A stretch of 32,000 bases of DNA from Halomicrobium mukohataei DSM 12286 (lineage in GTDB: Archaea; Halobacteriota; Halobacteria; Halobacteriales; Haloarculaceae), in contig NC_013202.1 in the NCBI RefSeq assembly GCF_000023965.1, forward strand, positions 2,100,001-2,132,000. Direction: 5' to 3'. The translations under genes were made by a program, and so were the position numbers. Shown piece after piece: positions 1-8,392 of the stretch. Numbering within the stretch: position 1 is the stretch's first letter; each line of letters begins with the position of its first letter. Under the pieces are notes generated by a model, which did not search any database, had not been told where the DNA came from, and worked only from the letters and a program-made list of their open reading frames with translations.

Positions 1-652
1 CTGCTTCGTACTCCTCGACGTCGAGTTCGAGCTCCTCGGGTTCGAACAGCACGCCGTCGGCGAAGACGCCGCGCAGGTCCAGCCCGACTTCCTTCGGCTC
101 GATCCCGAGTTCGCCGAGGACGTTCTCGAGGTCCGTCGAGACCTCCCCGCCCGCTTCCAGCACGGTCGAGTCCTCGACGACCTTGATCGAACCGCCGTCG
201 ATGCGCGCGTTGGCTCCGACGTTCTGGAGTTCGCCGACGAACGGCCCCGGATCCACGCCCGTGTCACCCTCGGGGATGACGATGTCGTTGGGAGCGATCT
301 CGCCCGCGCTGATCGGTGCGGGCGTCTTCGAGGCTTCCAGTTCCTTGTACAGCCCGAAGGGGTTGTCGTTCGTCCCGATCAGACCGACCTGACCGGAGAC
401 GTAGTCGCCCAGCTGTTCGAGGCCGGCGTCGACCTCGTCGAGTGCGCGCTCCAGCAGCGTGTTGCGCGAGACGCGCAGTTCCGCGGTCCCGTGCAGGCCA
501 CGGCGCATGTCCTGGAGCTGGCGCGACGGGATGCCGGTGATCGCGACGACCCCGATGCTGTCGTAGGACTCGATCATCTCGACGATCGAGTCGACTTCCT
601 CGCGCTTCCACTCGGGGATCGTCTCGGTCTTTCGTTCTGCTTCGGCGCTCAT
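1..652 (-). CDS. rpl10: 50S ribosomal protein uL10 (L10/P0), N-terminal part only; gene runs off the left edge
   Basis: Own minus-strand translation from the ATG at 650-652 gives [71 protein letters not shown]..., a typical archaeal P0 N-terminus. It starts 1 nt after the rpl1 stop, with a GGAGGTGG Shine-Dalgarno-like motif (plus-strand ccacctcc, 659-666). It is absent from the ORF track because there is no stop in the window. Confidence 0.9.
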   Translation of the reverse strand, partial: MSAEAERKTETIPEWKREEVDSIVEMIESYDSIGVVAITGIPSRQLQDMRRGLHGTAELRVSRNTLLERALDEVDAGLEQLGDYVSGQVGLIGTNDNPFGLYKELEASKTPAPISAGEIAPNDIVIPEGDTGVDPGPFVGELQNVGANARIDGGSIKVVEDSTVLEAGGEVSTDLENVLGELGIEPKEVGLDLRGVFADGVLFEPEELELDVEEYEA

Positions 653-653
653 G

Positions 654-1292
654 TTAGGCCACCTCCACCGCGGGGCCCATCGTGGTCTTGACGTAGACCG
701 AATCGATGTTCATCGGCCCCTTCTCTAGGTCGGCGTGCAGGCGGCGCAGGATGACGTCGATGTTGTCGCCGATCTCCTCGGCGGACATGTCCTCTGCACC
801 CACGCGGGTGTGGAAGGTTCGGCGGTCACCGCTGCGGATCTGCACGGACTTGCGCATTCGGTCGACCATCTCGACGACGTCGTCGTCGGGACTGATCGGG
901 TCCGGCATCTTCCCGCGTGGACCGAGGACGGTCCCGAGGTAGCGACCGATGTCTTGCATCAGCCCTTCCTCTGCGAGGAAGAAGTCGGTATCGTCGGCGA
1001 GATCTTTCGCTGCATCGTCGTCGTCGCCCAGCTCGGCCAGCTCGTCGCTGGACATGACCTGGTCGGCAACGTCTTCGGCTCGCAGAGCGGTCTCCCCCTC
1101 GGCGAACACGACGATGCTCGTCTCCTGACCGGTACCGGCAGGAAGGACGATGCTCTCGTCGATACGGTTCGACGGATCGTTCAAATCAAGGTCGCGCAGG
1201 TTGACGGCGAGGTCGACTGTCTCGGTAAAGTTCCGAGGATCGGCCTCGTCGAGTGCGCGAGAGACTGCGTTCTCTATATCCTGGTCTGCCAT
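654..1292 (-). CDS. rpl1: 50S ribosomal protein uL1 (L1)
   Basis: The 212-aa ORF ([51 protein letters not shown]...[10 protein letters not shown]...) is a clear L1 family sequence. The conserved archaeal order L11 / L1-L10 is present. A GGAGGTGA Shine-Dalgarno motif (plus-strand tcacctcc, 1296-1303) lies 4 nt upstream of the ATG. Confidence 0.97.
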   Translation of the reverse strand: MADQDIENAVSRALDEADPRNFTETVDLAVNLRDLDLNDPSNRIDESIVLPAGTGQETSIVVFAEGETALRAEDVADQVMSSDELAELGDDDDAAKDLADDTDFFLAEEGLMQDIGRYLGTVLGPRGKMPDPISPDDDVVEMVDRMRKSVQIRSGDRRTFHTRVGAEDMSAEEIGDNIDVILRRLHADLEKGPMNIDSVYVKTTMGPAVEVA

Positions 1293-1412
1293 TGTTCACC
1301 TCCGTAGTACGCCCAACGGGCTTCTACGGGTCAGTGAAACAGGGCGTACTGTCGTAGACAGTACAGTCGCCTGTCTCACCCGGTACGAAGCCGATGCGAC
1401 ACTTAAAGCCGT
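1293..1412 (-). promoter_or_regulatory. rpl1-rpl10 operon promoter and structured 5' leader
   Basis: In minus sense there is a TATA-like CTTTAAGT (around 1402-1410). The leader contains an 8-bp stem with a 3-nt loop (GTACTGTC 1346-1353 / GACAGTAC 1357-1364) and the SD motif at 1296-1303. The transcription start was not determined. Confidence 0.4.
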
Positions 1413-1476
1413 CGAACCACGGCAGCGACGGCACTGTCGTCGGTCCCGTGTCACCTACCTGTCGGTGAGGATCAGC

Positions 1477-1490
1477 AAAAACGCGGAAAA
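1477..1490 (-). terminator. oligo-T tract(s) downstream of rpl11
   Basis: The minus strand reads CCGGTTTTCCGCGTTTTTGC, about 20-30 nt after the rpl11 stop (1509-1511). Archaeal termination commonly uses T-runs. Confidence 0.45.
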
Positions 1491-1508
1491 CCGGCGTCGG
1501 TGGCCTCG

Positions 1509-1997
1509 CTACGCTTCGGCAGCGTCCAGCAGGATGTCGTCGTACTCGCCGGCATCGACCTTCTGCTTGAAGTCGCGGGGGTTCTCGCCCTCGATGGTGA
1601 CACCCAGCGTGACGCAGGTGCCGACGACTTCCTTCGCGGCGTTTTTCGTGTCGTACGCGAGCAGGTCGGTCTGCTTTTGCTCGGCGATCTGTTTGATCTG
1701 GTCGACCGAGAGATCGGCGACGAACTCCTCGTGGGGTTCGCCGGATCCGGTGTCGAAGCCAGCTTCGTCCTTGATGAGTTCGGCCGTCGGCGGGACGCCG
1801 ACCTCGATCTCGAAGGAGCCGTCGTCGTCGTAGTCGACGGTGACGGGCACTTCGGTGCCGTCGAAGGCCGCGGTCTGGTCGTTGATCTCCTGGACGACTG
1901 CCTGCACGTCGACGGGGGTCGGCCCCAACTCCGGACCGAGGGGCGGGCCAGGGTTGGCCTCGCCGCCCGGAACGAGCACTTCGATAGTTCCAGCCAT
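1509..1997 (-). CDS. rpl11: 50S ribosomal protein uL11 (L11)
   Basis: The internal ATG at 1995-1997 of ORF 1509..2177 gives MAGTIEVLVPGGEANPGPPLGPELGPTPVDVQAVVQEINDQTAAF... (162 aa), the canonical L11 N-terminus. The upstream 60 aa of the ORF are Arg-rich junk. A TATA-like TTAAAA lies about 30 nt upstream (around 2022-2029). Confidence 0.95.
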   Translation of the reverse strand: MAGTIEVLVPGGEANPGPPLGPELGPTPVDVQAVVQEINDQTAAFDGTEVPVTVDYDDDGSFEIEVGVPPTAELIKDEAGFDTGSGEPHEEFVADLSVDQIKQIAEQKQTDLLAYDTKNAAKEVVGTCVTLGVTIEGENPRDFKQKVDAGEYDDILLDAAEA

Positions 1998-2173
1998 GTT
2001 AGGTTTGACCTGCCCAGCAGTTTTAAGGATTGCTTTTCGACGACGCCGCGTGGGAGTGAACCACACCGCTCTGGTCGGTGTCGGAGAATCGCGTCGATCA
2101 CGACCGTCGAGACGGTCCGTACGGTGTCTCGCGACCCGGCGTCGCGAACAGCAAACAGTGACGGTCGACGGCG

Positions 2174-2259
2174 TCATACGGAAAGTTGTAGGTCTTTACC
2201 AGATCGACCGCACGCCGTCGTGCGGTCGACTGGGTAAACGCCTACAACGGTCCGTATCA
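2174..2259. repeat. 86-nt long-hairpin element, copy A (conserved termini TCATACGGA..GTTGT / ACAAC..TCCGTATCA)
   Basis: Four stem segments total 32 bp: 2176-2182/2251-2257, 2185-2192/2241-2248, 2195-2200/2233-2238 and 2204-2214/2219-2229, with loop CCGT. The element overlaps the TGA stop at 2257-2259. Its termini are shared with 12912-12995. Confidence 0.7.
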
Positions 2260-2457
2260 GGCGAGGTTGACGCCGTTCATCGCCAGGAAGTCCGAGGCCG
2301 CCTTGATCTCCACTGGCGAACCGATGATGCGGACCTGTGTGCCCTCCTCGCGTACCGTCAGCGTAAACTCGCGTTCGAGATCTTCGCGGATGCCGTCCAG
2401 GGCAGCGGCTGGCAGGAGGATCTGCGTGCTGTCGCGAAACCGGTCGGCACTTGCCAT
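2257..2457 (-). CDS. small acidic hypothetical protein (66 aa)
   Basis: The ATG at 2455-2457 gives MASADRFRDSTQILLPAAALDGIREDLEREFTLTVREEGTQVRIIGSPVEIKAASDFLAMNGVNLA, with halophile-like acidic composition and GC-rich third positions. The 2460-2630 region upstream is AT-richer and promoter-like, so the 126-aa GTG-start version is unlikely. Confidence 0.6.
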   Translation of the reverse strand: MASADRFRDSTQILLPAAALDGIREDLEREFTLTVREEGTQVRIIGSPVEIKAASDFLAMNGVNLA

Positions 2458-2633
2458 TATCGGATGTGGTGTCGGACGAGGTATTAGTGTATCGAAGTAC
2501 TCGTATCGCCGAGAATTCGATGTTCGTCCGTTCTCTCGTCTAATACTCCCGTATATTTCGCATCGGCAGCTGTCGGCGCTGTGACACCGTTTTGACGGGC
2601 GTTCACTGCTGGTAAACGAACCGGAGAGCGTGG

Positions 2634-4760
2634 TCACTCGACCATCCGACTGCCGCCCGGCGGGAGGAACTCCTGGATCAGGTCCGGGCTGGCGACCTTG
2701 CGGACGAACGACTCGTCTTCGAACCGCTCTTTGAACTCCCGGTACAGCCGCTTCGCGATGTCGTTCTGTGCGTACTGGCCGGGTTCGATCTCGATACTGG
2801 TCGCGACGCGATCCTCGACGGCCGATCGCGGGCCACCGAGAACGCCGGTCCAGTCCTCACAGGAGATCCCGACGGCCACGTCGACTTCGAGGTCCCGGAA
2901 GTACGTCCGGTCGCCTCGAATCGCGAACCCCCCCTTCTCCAGGTACTCGCCGCTCTCTGGAGTCTTCGATACCTGGTCGGGATCGACCATGTACGCGTCA
3001 CCGGCGTACTTGCCGTCCTTCCACACCGACGAGTACGCCACTGCGAACGTCGCCGCTTCACGTTTGTCCTGGTCCGGGATGTCCACGTCGCGGCTGGACT
3101 CGCTGGGACCGGTCGCCTTCAGGACGGTCACGGGACCGCCGTGTGCCTGTGCGTGGAAGAACTTGTCTCCGCGGTCGAGGTACTTCTTGACCAGTTCCTC
3201 GTTCTGATCGGCGTTACGGCCGCCGATCACGAGGAAGCCGTTCGAGGTGCGGAACCACCGGAAGCGATCGTACCACGGCTCCTGTCTCCGGACCGGAATC
3301 GACGCCCGCGAGAGCCAGTCGACGTCGTCTGCTTCCGCCGTCTGCTCCTGGGTCTCCGTCGTGTCCTCGGCTTCCCAGTTCTCGCGGCGTCGCTCGACCG
3401 CTTCGAGATCCTCTCGCGTGTCTTCGATCGCCGCCTGCGCGCCCTCTTTCTTCTCCTCGATGCGCTTTGCCGCCTGGTAGAGCTGGTCGGCGTTCTTCTC
3501 GACGCCCATCGTCGCGTCGATCGTCACGCGCACGTCGTCGATCGACAGGGTCACCGTCCCCTCGCTGCCGTCGAGGCCCTCGACGGCCTCGGCCGCGGCG
3601 ATGCCCTGCTCTTTGCCCTCCTCGAAGGTCGCCTCGATCTCGTCCCACGGCGTGTCCTGGGTTCGCGCGCCCTGAATCGTCGAGAGGATCTCGTCGACGA
3701 GGTCGTAGCGAGCGTACAGCAACTCCGCCTTCTCGCGCTCGGCCTCGGCGTCGGACTCGAAGTCCTCGATCGCGCTCTGCTGTTGCTGGATGATGCGCTC
3801 GTACTTCTCGATCTCGCTCTCGAAGTCCGGCCGGTCGACGCCCGCGTCGGCGATCTCCTCGGCCGTGTCCTCCCGTTCGACCTCGTAGAAGTACTCGTCC
3901 AGCGCCTCGGTGAAGGTCTCGAAGGCACGGCTCTCTACGTCGTCGTACTCTTCGAGGGGAATCGGCGTCACGTCCACGCGACGCTCGATCTCCTCGCCCT
4001 CGATCTCTTCGTACTCGTAGTAGACGCGCGGATCGAGGTCGCCGCTGCGGAGCCGCGCTTTCAGATCGGCGATCACCTCGTACAGCCGCTCGAACTCAGC
4101 TTCGTCGGTGTCTCCGATGGCCTGGTTGTACGGAATCCCGGCCCGCGTACACAGCTCCTCGCCGTAGAGCCCCCCGAAGTTCAGCTGGGTCGCGAGCGTC
4201 CGTACCACGTCGGCGTCGGACTGGCGCATCCGCTCCAGAAACGTCTCGTAGTCGACGGTCAGCGGATTGAACCGCGCCGACGGGAACTCGTACTGGCTGC
4301 CCGGCGCGACGGTGCGTGACTTGAGTCGGACCGTCTCCAGGCAGTCGACGACCTCGCCGTGTTCGTCGAGCACCGCGACGTTGCCGTCGCCGAACAGCTC
4401 CGCGACGACCGTGGTGGAGGCGTCGGGACGGTCGAACTCGAACTCCATGATCCGGTCGAACTCGAACTGGCGCACGTCGGCCAGCTCGCCGCCCGAGATC
4501 CGATTGCGAAGCATCATCGCGAAGTTGGGCGGTCGGCCCGGCGCGTCGGGGACGTGGTCGGCGTCGACGACGTGGGCGCGCTTGTTCTCGCCGACCTCGA
4601 TCAGCAGCTCCACCCGCCCGCGGTCGAAGTCCCGCATCTTGAGCCGCAGGAGGTCGTCCTCGTAGAGGTACGCCTTGTCGAGCTTGGCCCCCTCGTAGCC
4701 GCCCAGCTCCCGTTCGAGGGCGGCGAGGTCGACGCTCGTCAGCTCCCGCTTGTGGTCCAT
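2634..4760 (-). CDS. NFACT-family protein (FbpA/Rqc2/RqcH-like ribosome quality control factor)
   Basis: 708 aa. The N-terminus (MDHKRELTSVDLAALERELGGYEGAKLDKAYLY...) matches the NFACT-N domain. A long acidic coiled-coil middle follows. The C-terminus (WFRTSNGFLVIGGRNADQNEELVKKYLDRGDKFFHAQAHGGPVTVLK) is typical of the NFACT-R/DUF814 module. Confidence 0.9.
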   Translation of the reverse strand: MDHKRELTSVDLAALERELGGYEGAKLDKAYLYEDDLLRLKMRDFDRGRVELLIEVGENKRAHVVDADHVPDAPGRPPNFAMMLRNRISGGELADVRQFEFDRIMEFEFDRPDASTTVVAELFGDGNVAVLDEHGEVVDCLETVRLKSRTVAPGSQYEFPSARFNPLTVDYETFLERMRQSDADVVRTLATQLNFGGLYGEELCTRAGIPYNQAIGDTDEAEFERLYEVIADLKARLRSGDLDPRVYYEYEEIEGEEIERRVDVTPIPLEEYDDVESRAFETFTEALDEYFYEVEREDTAEEIADAGVDRPDFESEIEKYERIIQQQQSAIEDFESDAEAEREKAELLYARYDLVDEILSTIQGARTQDTPWDEIEATFEEGKEQGIAAAEAVEGLDGSEGTVTLSIDDVRVTIDATMGVEKNADQLYQAAKRIEEKKEGAQAAIEDTREDLEAVERRRENWEAEDTTETQEQTAEADDVDWLSRASIPVRRQEPWYDRFRWFRTSNGFLVIGGRNADQNEELVKKYLDRGDKFFHAQAHGGPVTVLKATGPSESSRDVDIPDQDKREAATFAVAYSSVWKDGKYAGDAYMVDPDQVSKTPESGEYLEKGGFAIRGDRTYFRDLEVDVAVGISCEDWTGVLGGPRSAVEDRVATSIEIEPGQYAQNDIAKRLYREFKERFEDESFVRKVASPDLIQEFLPPGGSRMVE

Positions 4761-4796
4761 GTCGGGTGGTGCAGGCCGGCACGCAAAACCGCTTCG

Positions 4797-5831
4797 CTAC
4801 AGGTGCTCGCCGATTCGCTCGCCGGTTCTCAGCCCGTTCCGGAGCGCTGCGTGGAGCCGCGCCTCGCCCGCGACCCAGTCGCCGGCCAAAAAGAGGTCGT
4901 GCGCTGCCGCCGTCTCCAGGGCGTCCGCCCCCACGCCGTCGTCCGGCAGCGCGTACCGCCAGTGCTGGTGGTCGGTCCAGTCGGGTTCGGCCAGCCGGTC
5001 GTCGTCCAGCAGCGTCGCCGTCGCGTCTGCGATGGCGTCGGTCAGCGTGGCGGCGTCGTCGCGGTAGTGGGTGACCGACCAGTCCGGTGCCATCTGGACC
5101 ACCAGGAGCGTCTCTCCGTCGGGGACGTGCCCCGCCTTGCACTCTTCGCGGCCGATCCAACCCACGTCGTGGTCTCCGGCTTCGCTGACCAGTCCGTAGT
5201 ACGGGCGGTCGAGTTCGAACTCGTAGTGCAACAGACCGGCGACGACCGTCCGATAGGGAACGGACGCGGCGGCCTGCCTGAGCCGTCGTCGATCGGCGTG
5301 TTCCCACTCCGATTGGCCCAGCAGGTCCGCGGTCTGTGGACCCGGTGGCGTCAGGAGGACGGCGTCGAAGGAGTCGTACGTACCGCCCTCGGCGTCGGTG
5401 ACACGCCAGCCCGCCCCGCTTCGCTCCAGTGACTCGACGCGCGTGTGCCGGTGGACCGTCGCGTCGCCGGCCGCGAACAGCCGCTTCGCGAGCTGGGTGA
5501 TTCCCTGCTCGTAGGTCCACCGCGTCGTCTGCTCGTCGCGACCCTCGCGTATCTCGCGGTCGGCGTCGAACGTCCACACCGGCTCGTCGATTTCGGTGAG
5601 TCCCTCCGAGGGTAGTTCCGCGGTGACCAGTTCGGCCACGCGGTCGTCGTCGGCAGTCAGGTAGTTGGCCCCGTACTCGTAGACACAGCCGTTTCGCCGC
5701 CGTGTCGCGGCCCGACCGCAGACGCCGCCGCTCTTCTCGAAGACGGTCACGTCCGCGGGGTGTTCCCGGAGCGCGTACGCCGCCGCCGCACCGGCCGCGC
5801 CCGCACCGACGACCGCGACTGATCGTTGCAT
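4797..5831 (-). CDS. NAD(P)/FAD-dependent oxidoreductase (amine-oxidase/renalase-like)
   Basis: The ATG at 5829-5831 gives MQRSVAVVGAGAAGAAAAYALRE... (GxGxxG dinucleotide fold). The C-terminal FLAGDWVAGEARLHAALRNGLRTG is typical of flavin amine-oxidase-fold proteins. Confidence 0.85.
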   Translation of the reverse strand: MQRSVAVVGAGAAGAAAAYALREHPADVTVFEKSGGVCGRAATRRRNGCVYEYGANYLTADDDRVAELVTAELPSEGLTEIDEPVWTFDADREIREGRDEQTTRWTYEQGITQLAKRLFAAGDATVHRHTRVESLERSGAGWRVTDAEGGTYDSFDAVLLTPPGPQTADLLGQSEWEHADRRRLRQAAASVPYRTVVAGLLHYEFELDRPYYGLVSEAGDHDVGWIGREECKAGHVPDGETLLVVQMAPDWSVTHYRDDAATLTDAIADATATLLDDDRLAEPDWTDHQHWRYALPDDGVGADALETAAAHDLFLAGDWVAGEARLHAALRNGLRTGERIGEHL

Positions 5832-5878
5832 AGACAGATCTCCGCACGGACAGTACAAAAACCCGCTCGTTCGATCGG

Positions 5879-6592
5879 TCAGAGAGTCGCAGCGAGTGCG
5901 CCGAGTACGTCGTCACCGTCACGGACGAACGGCGTTCCGTGGGCCATCGCCGCCACCTCGAAGGCGGGAGCCCGCGCGGCGAACTCCCGCACAGACGCCC
6001 GGACCCGGTCCATGTCGTAGGAGTCGAACCAGATCGGCGTCGTCATCGCACCGCCTTCCTCCCAGACGAGGTCGCCGAGCAGCGCCACGCCGCAGTCGTG
6101 GACGTACACCGTGTGCCCGGGGTTGTGTCCCGGCGTCGCGTAGCTGGTGAACCGACCGACGGCTTCGCCGTCGTCGACCGGCCGGAGGTCGATCCCGTCG
6201 GGCAGCGGACAGAGCGTCCGGGCGGCGCGGTGGAACAGCCCCTTGTGGTTGTTCGACGGCGGCGGCGCGCCGTTCTCGACCAGTTCGTAGTCGGCTCGCC
6301 CGAGAAAGACCGGACCGGTGAACTCCGGTTGCAGCCGTTCGAGCCCGCCGACGTGGTCCAGATCGTAGTGGGTCAACAGGACGCGGTCGAGATCGCCGGG
6401 CTCGTAACCGACGGCTGCCAGTTCGTCCCTGATCGAGGGCTCGTTCCAGAACAGTCCGGTGTCACACAGCGTCACCGCCTCGCCGTCGGTCCCGTCCATG
6501 TCCCGCTCATCGAGGAGAAACGCGTTCGACGCCAGCGGCGGCAGTAGTCCCAGATCGAGCTCCCAGACCCCGTCGATCAACCTCCGTGCCAT
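5879..6592 (-). CDS. MBL-fold metallo-hydrolase
   Basis: 237 aa carrying the HxHxDH-type motif (LLTHYDLDHVGG) and a downstream TPGHNPGH. Confidence 0.9.
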   Translation of the reverse strand: MARRLIDGVWELDLGLLPPLASNAFLLDERDMDGTDGEAVTLCDTGLFWNEPSIRDELAAVGYEPGDLDRVLLTHYDLDHVGGLERLQPEFTGPVFLGRADYELVENGAPPPSNNHKGLFHRAARTLCPLPDGIDLRPVDDGEAVGRFTSYATPGHNPGHTVYVHDCGVALLGDLVWEEGGAMTTPIWFDSYDMDRVRASVREFAARAPAFEVAAMAHGTPFVRDGDDVLGALAATL

Positions 6593-6658
6593 TGCCGACC
6601 GTACGCCGGCCCCACGCTAATGGCTGTCGACCGACTTCACGACGGCGAGACTGGAGGC

Positions 6659-6687
6659 AAAAAGCCGGACGCACTCCGTTCGTCCGG
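6659..6687 (-). terminator. hairpin plus T5 immediately after the elp3 stop
   Basis: The minus strand reads TAA-CCGGACG-aacggagtg-CGTCCGG-c-TTTTT. The stem is 6665-6671/6681-6687 and the T-run is 6659-6663. Confidence 0.5.
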
Positions 6688-8349
6688 TTACAGCCGCTTG
6701 CTGACGTACGGACCGTCTTGCTTGTAGTCGAGCTTCTCGCGGTAGTACTGCCGGACGCCGATACCGGAGATGACCGCGAGCTTGTCGTAGCCGGCGTCGG
6801 CCGCCAGTTCCTCCGCCGTCGCGAGCAGTCGGCGACCGTATCCCTCGTGCTGGTGTTGGTCGTCCTCGCTGGCGCTCCCGAGGCCGACCTGGCTGCCGTA
6901 GACGTGGAGTTCCCGCACGAGCGCGGCGTTTTGCAGTTCGCGGCGAACCGGGTCGTTCGGGAATCGGAGCCGACAGAAGCCGATCAGCAGATCCTTGTCG
7001 GGGTCCTCGAAGCTGATGAAGTGCTCGGTGCCGCCGGCGGCCTCGTAGGTCAGCACGTCTTTCTCGATGCGCTCTGGGTCCTCGTCGTTCATCCCGACCT
7101 CGCGACAGCGGATGCAGTCGCAGGTCCAGCCGTGTTCGTCCATGCGCTGTCGGGCGAGCTGTCGGAGGTTGGACTTCCAGACGCCGCCCTCGATGAAGTC
7201 CGCGGGGATGTCACGCTGGACGCGCTGGAGGCGCGTGTACTTCGGGATCATCGACTTGATCTCGGCGACCAGCTCCGCGGCCTCGTCGTTGTCCAGTGGC
7301 TCGAACTCGTCCTTGCGGTACCAGTCGTAGGTGACGGTCCCCTCGACGACCAGCGTCGGGTAGATCTTGAGGTAGTCCGGTCGCCACTTGCTGTCCTCGA
7401 AGATGCGCCGGAAGTCCTCCAGGCACATCTCCTTGGACATGCCGGGCTGGCCGGGCATCATGTGGAAGCCGACCTTGAACGCCGAGTCGCGCAGCCGGCG
7501 GTTCGCGTCGACGCTGGCCTGGACGCCGTGACCGCGGTGCATCTCGCGGTTGATCCGCTCGTAGGTGGTCTGGACCCCGACTTCGACCTTCGTCCCGCCC
7601 AGCCTGAGCATCCGGTCGATCTGCTCGGGATCGCACCAGTCGGGCTTCGTCTCGAAGGTCGTGGCGACGTTTCGCACGTCGGCGGTCTCGTTCTCGGTGA
7701 TCACGTCTTCGAGGTAGCGAAAGTCGTACTCGTCGGGGTCTTCGGCGAAACTCACGTCTTCCGCGGGCTGGGGCTGGGCCCCGGCGTCGAAGTCGTTCAT
7801 CGCTTCGAGCGCACGCTTGACGAACCACTCCTGGTAGTCGTGGCTCCGGGCGGTCATCGTCCCACCCATGATGATTAGTTCGGCCTTGTCGACGGGGTGG
7901 CCGATCTCGCGCAGTTGGTTCAGCCGCAGCGTCACCTGTCCGTAGGGGTCGTAGTCGTTCTGGACGCCGCGGGCCGCTGCGGGCTCGTGGCCGGTGTAGG
8001 ACTGGGAGGACGAAAACTCCGAATCGGGCCCGCCGGGACAGTAGAGACACTTCCCGTGTGGACACCGGTGGGGAGAGGTCATCACCGCGATCGGCGAGAC
8101 GCCCGAAGCGGTCCGCACCGGCTTGCGCTGGAGCACTTCCTCGAGCTCTTCGCGTCGCTCCAGTGGCGCGTAGTCGAGGATCTCGGAGTTCTTGGGGACC
8201 TTCGGCGCGGAGTACTTCGAACAGACCTCCATCTTGGCGCTTTCCACGTCCTCGCGCTCCAGTTCGCCCGCGAGGATGCGGTCGACCAGCTCCGCACAGA
8301 CCTGCTCGAACGCCTCGGACTCCGTCGGATCACCCGTCTCGGTGCTCAT
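6688..8349 (-). CDS. elp3: tRNA uridine(34) modification radical-SAM/acetyltransferase Elp3
   Basis: The ATG at 8347-8349 gives MSTETGDPTESEAFEQVCAELVDRILAGELE.... The sequence includes the radical-SAM region (RCPHGKCLYCPGGP) and a C-terminal GNAT part (HQHEGYGRRLLATAEELA). That gives 553 aa. The 195-aa upstream extension of the ORF overlaps the cupin gene and is compositional junk. Confidence 0.93.
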   Translation of the reverse strand: MSTETGDPTESEAFEQVCAELVDRILAGELEREDVESAKMEVCSKYSAPKVPKNSEILDYAPLERREELEEVLQRKPVRTASGVSPIAVMTSPHRCPHGKCLYCPGGPDSEFSSSQSYTGHEPAAARGVQNDYDPYGQVTLRLNQLREIGHPVDKAELIIMGGTMTARSHDYQEWFVKRALEAMNDFDAGAQPQPAEDVSFAEDPDEYDFRYLEDVITENETADVRNVATTFETKPDWCDPEQIDRMLRLGGTKVEVGVQTTYERINREMHRGHGVQASVDANRRLRDSAFKVGFHMMPGQPGMSKEMCLEDFRRIFEDSKWRPDYLKIYPTLVVEGTVTYDWYRKDEFEPLDNDEAAELVAEIKSMIPKYTRLQRVQRDIPADFIEGGVWKSNLRQLARQRMDEHGWTCDCIRCREVGMNDEDPERIEKDVLTYEAAGGTEHFISFEDPDKDLLIGFCRLRFPNDPVRRELQNAALVRELHVYGSQVGLGSASEDDQHQHEGYGRRLLATAEELAADAGYDKLAVISGIGVRQYYREKLDYKQDGPYVSKRL

Positions 8350-8392
8350 TGCCGTTGTCACAGTTCGTTCGCTCGCGCGAATAAGCGTGTCG

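Noticed and set aside
1178-1191. CGTTCAAATCAAGG, resembling the archaeal tRNA T-loop consensus GGTTCAAATCC
   Set aside because: It lies inside the rpl1 coding sequence. No acceptor or anticodon stems can be drawn around it.
2174-2259. Reading the hairpin-element ends (CTGATAC ... GTATGAC in minus sense) as box C/D sRNA motifs
   Set aside because: There is no RUGAUGA C box and the box order is wrong. A 32-bp continuous hairpin is not C/D sRNA architecture, and no guide-like unpaired regions exist.
2458-2637. GTG start at 2637 overlapping the NFACT stop (GTGA), which would give a 126-aa protein
   Set aside because: The added 60 residues are basic and low-complexity. They lie in an AT-richer, promoter-like stretch. 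The ATG at 2457 gives a compact acidic protein.
4096-5922. 608-aa minus-strand ORF spanning the NFACT 5' end and the whole oxidoreductase gene
   Set aside because: It is extremely Arg/Gly/Pro-rich, which is the opposite of halophilic acidic composition. It is off-frame to two genes with clear family motifs. This is a typical stop-poor alternative frame in high-GC DNA.
6586-7878. 430-aa plus-strand ORF antisense to elp3. Similar cases are 20041..21426 (antisense to the aminotransferase), 21302..22765 (antisense to the MgtC-family gene) and 27990..29363 (antisense to glyA)
   Set aside because: All four are antisense to genes with unambiguous family signatures. All show the V/L/D/R/G-rich antisense composition and have no motifs.
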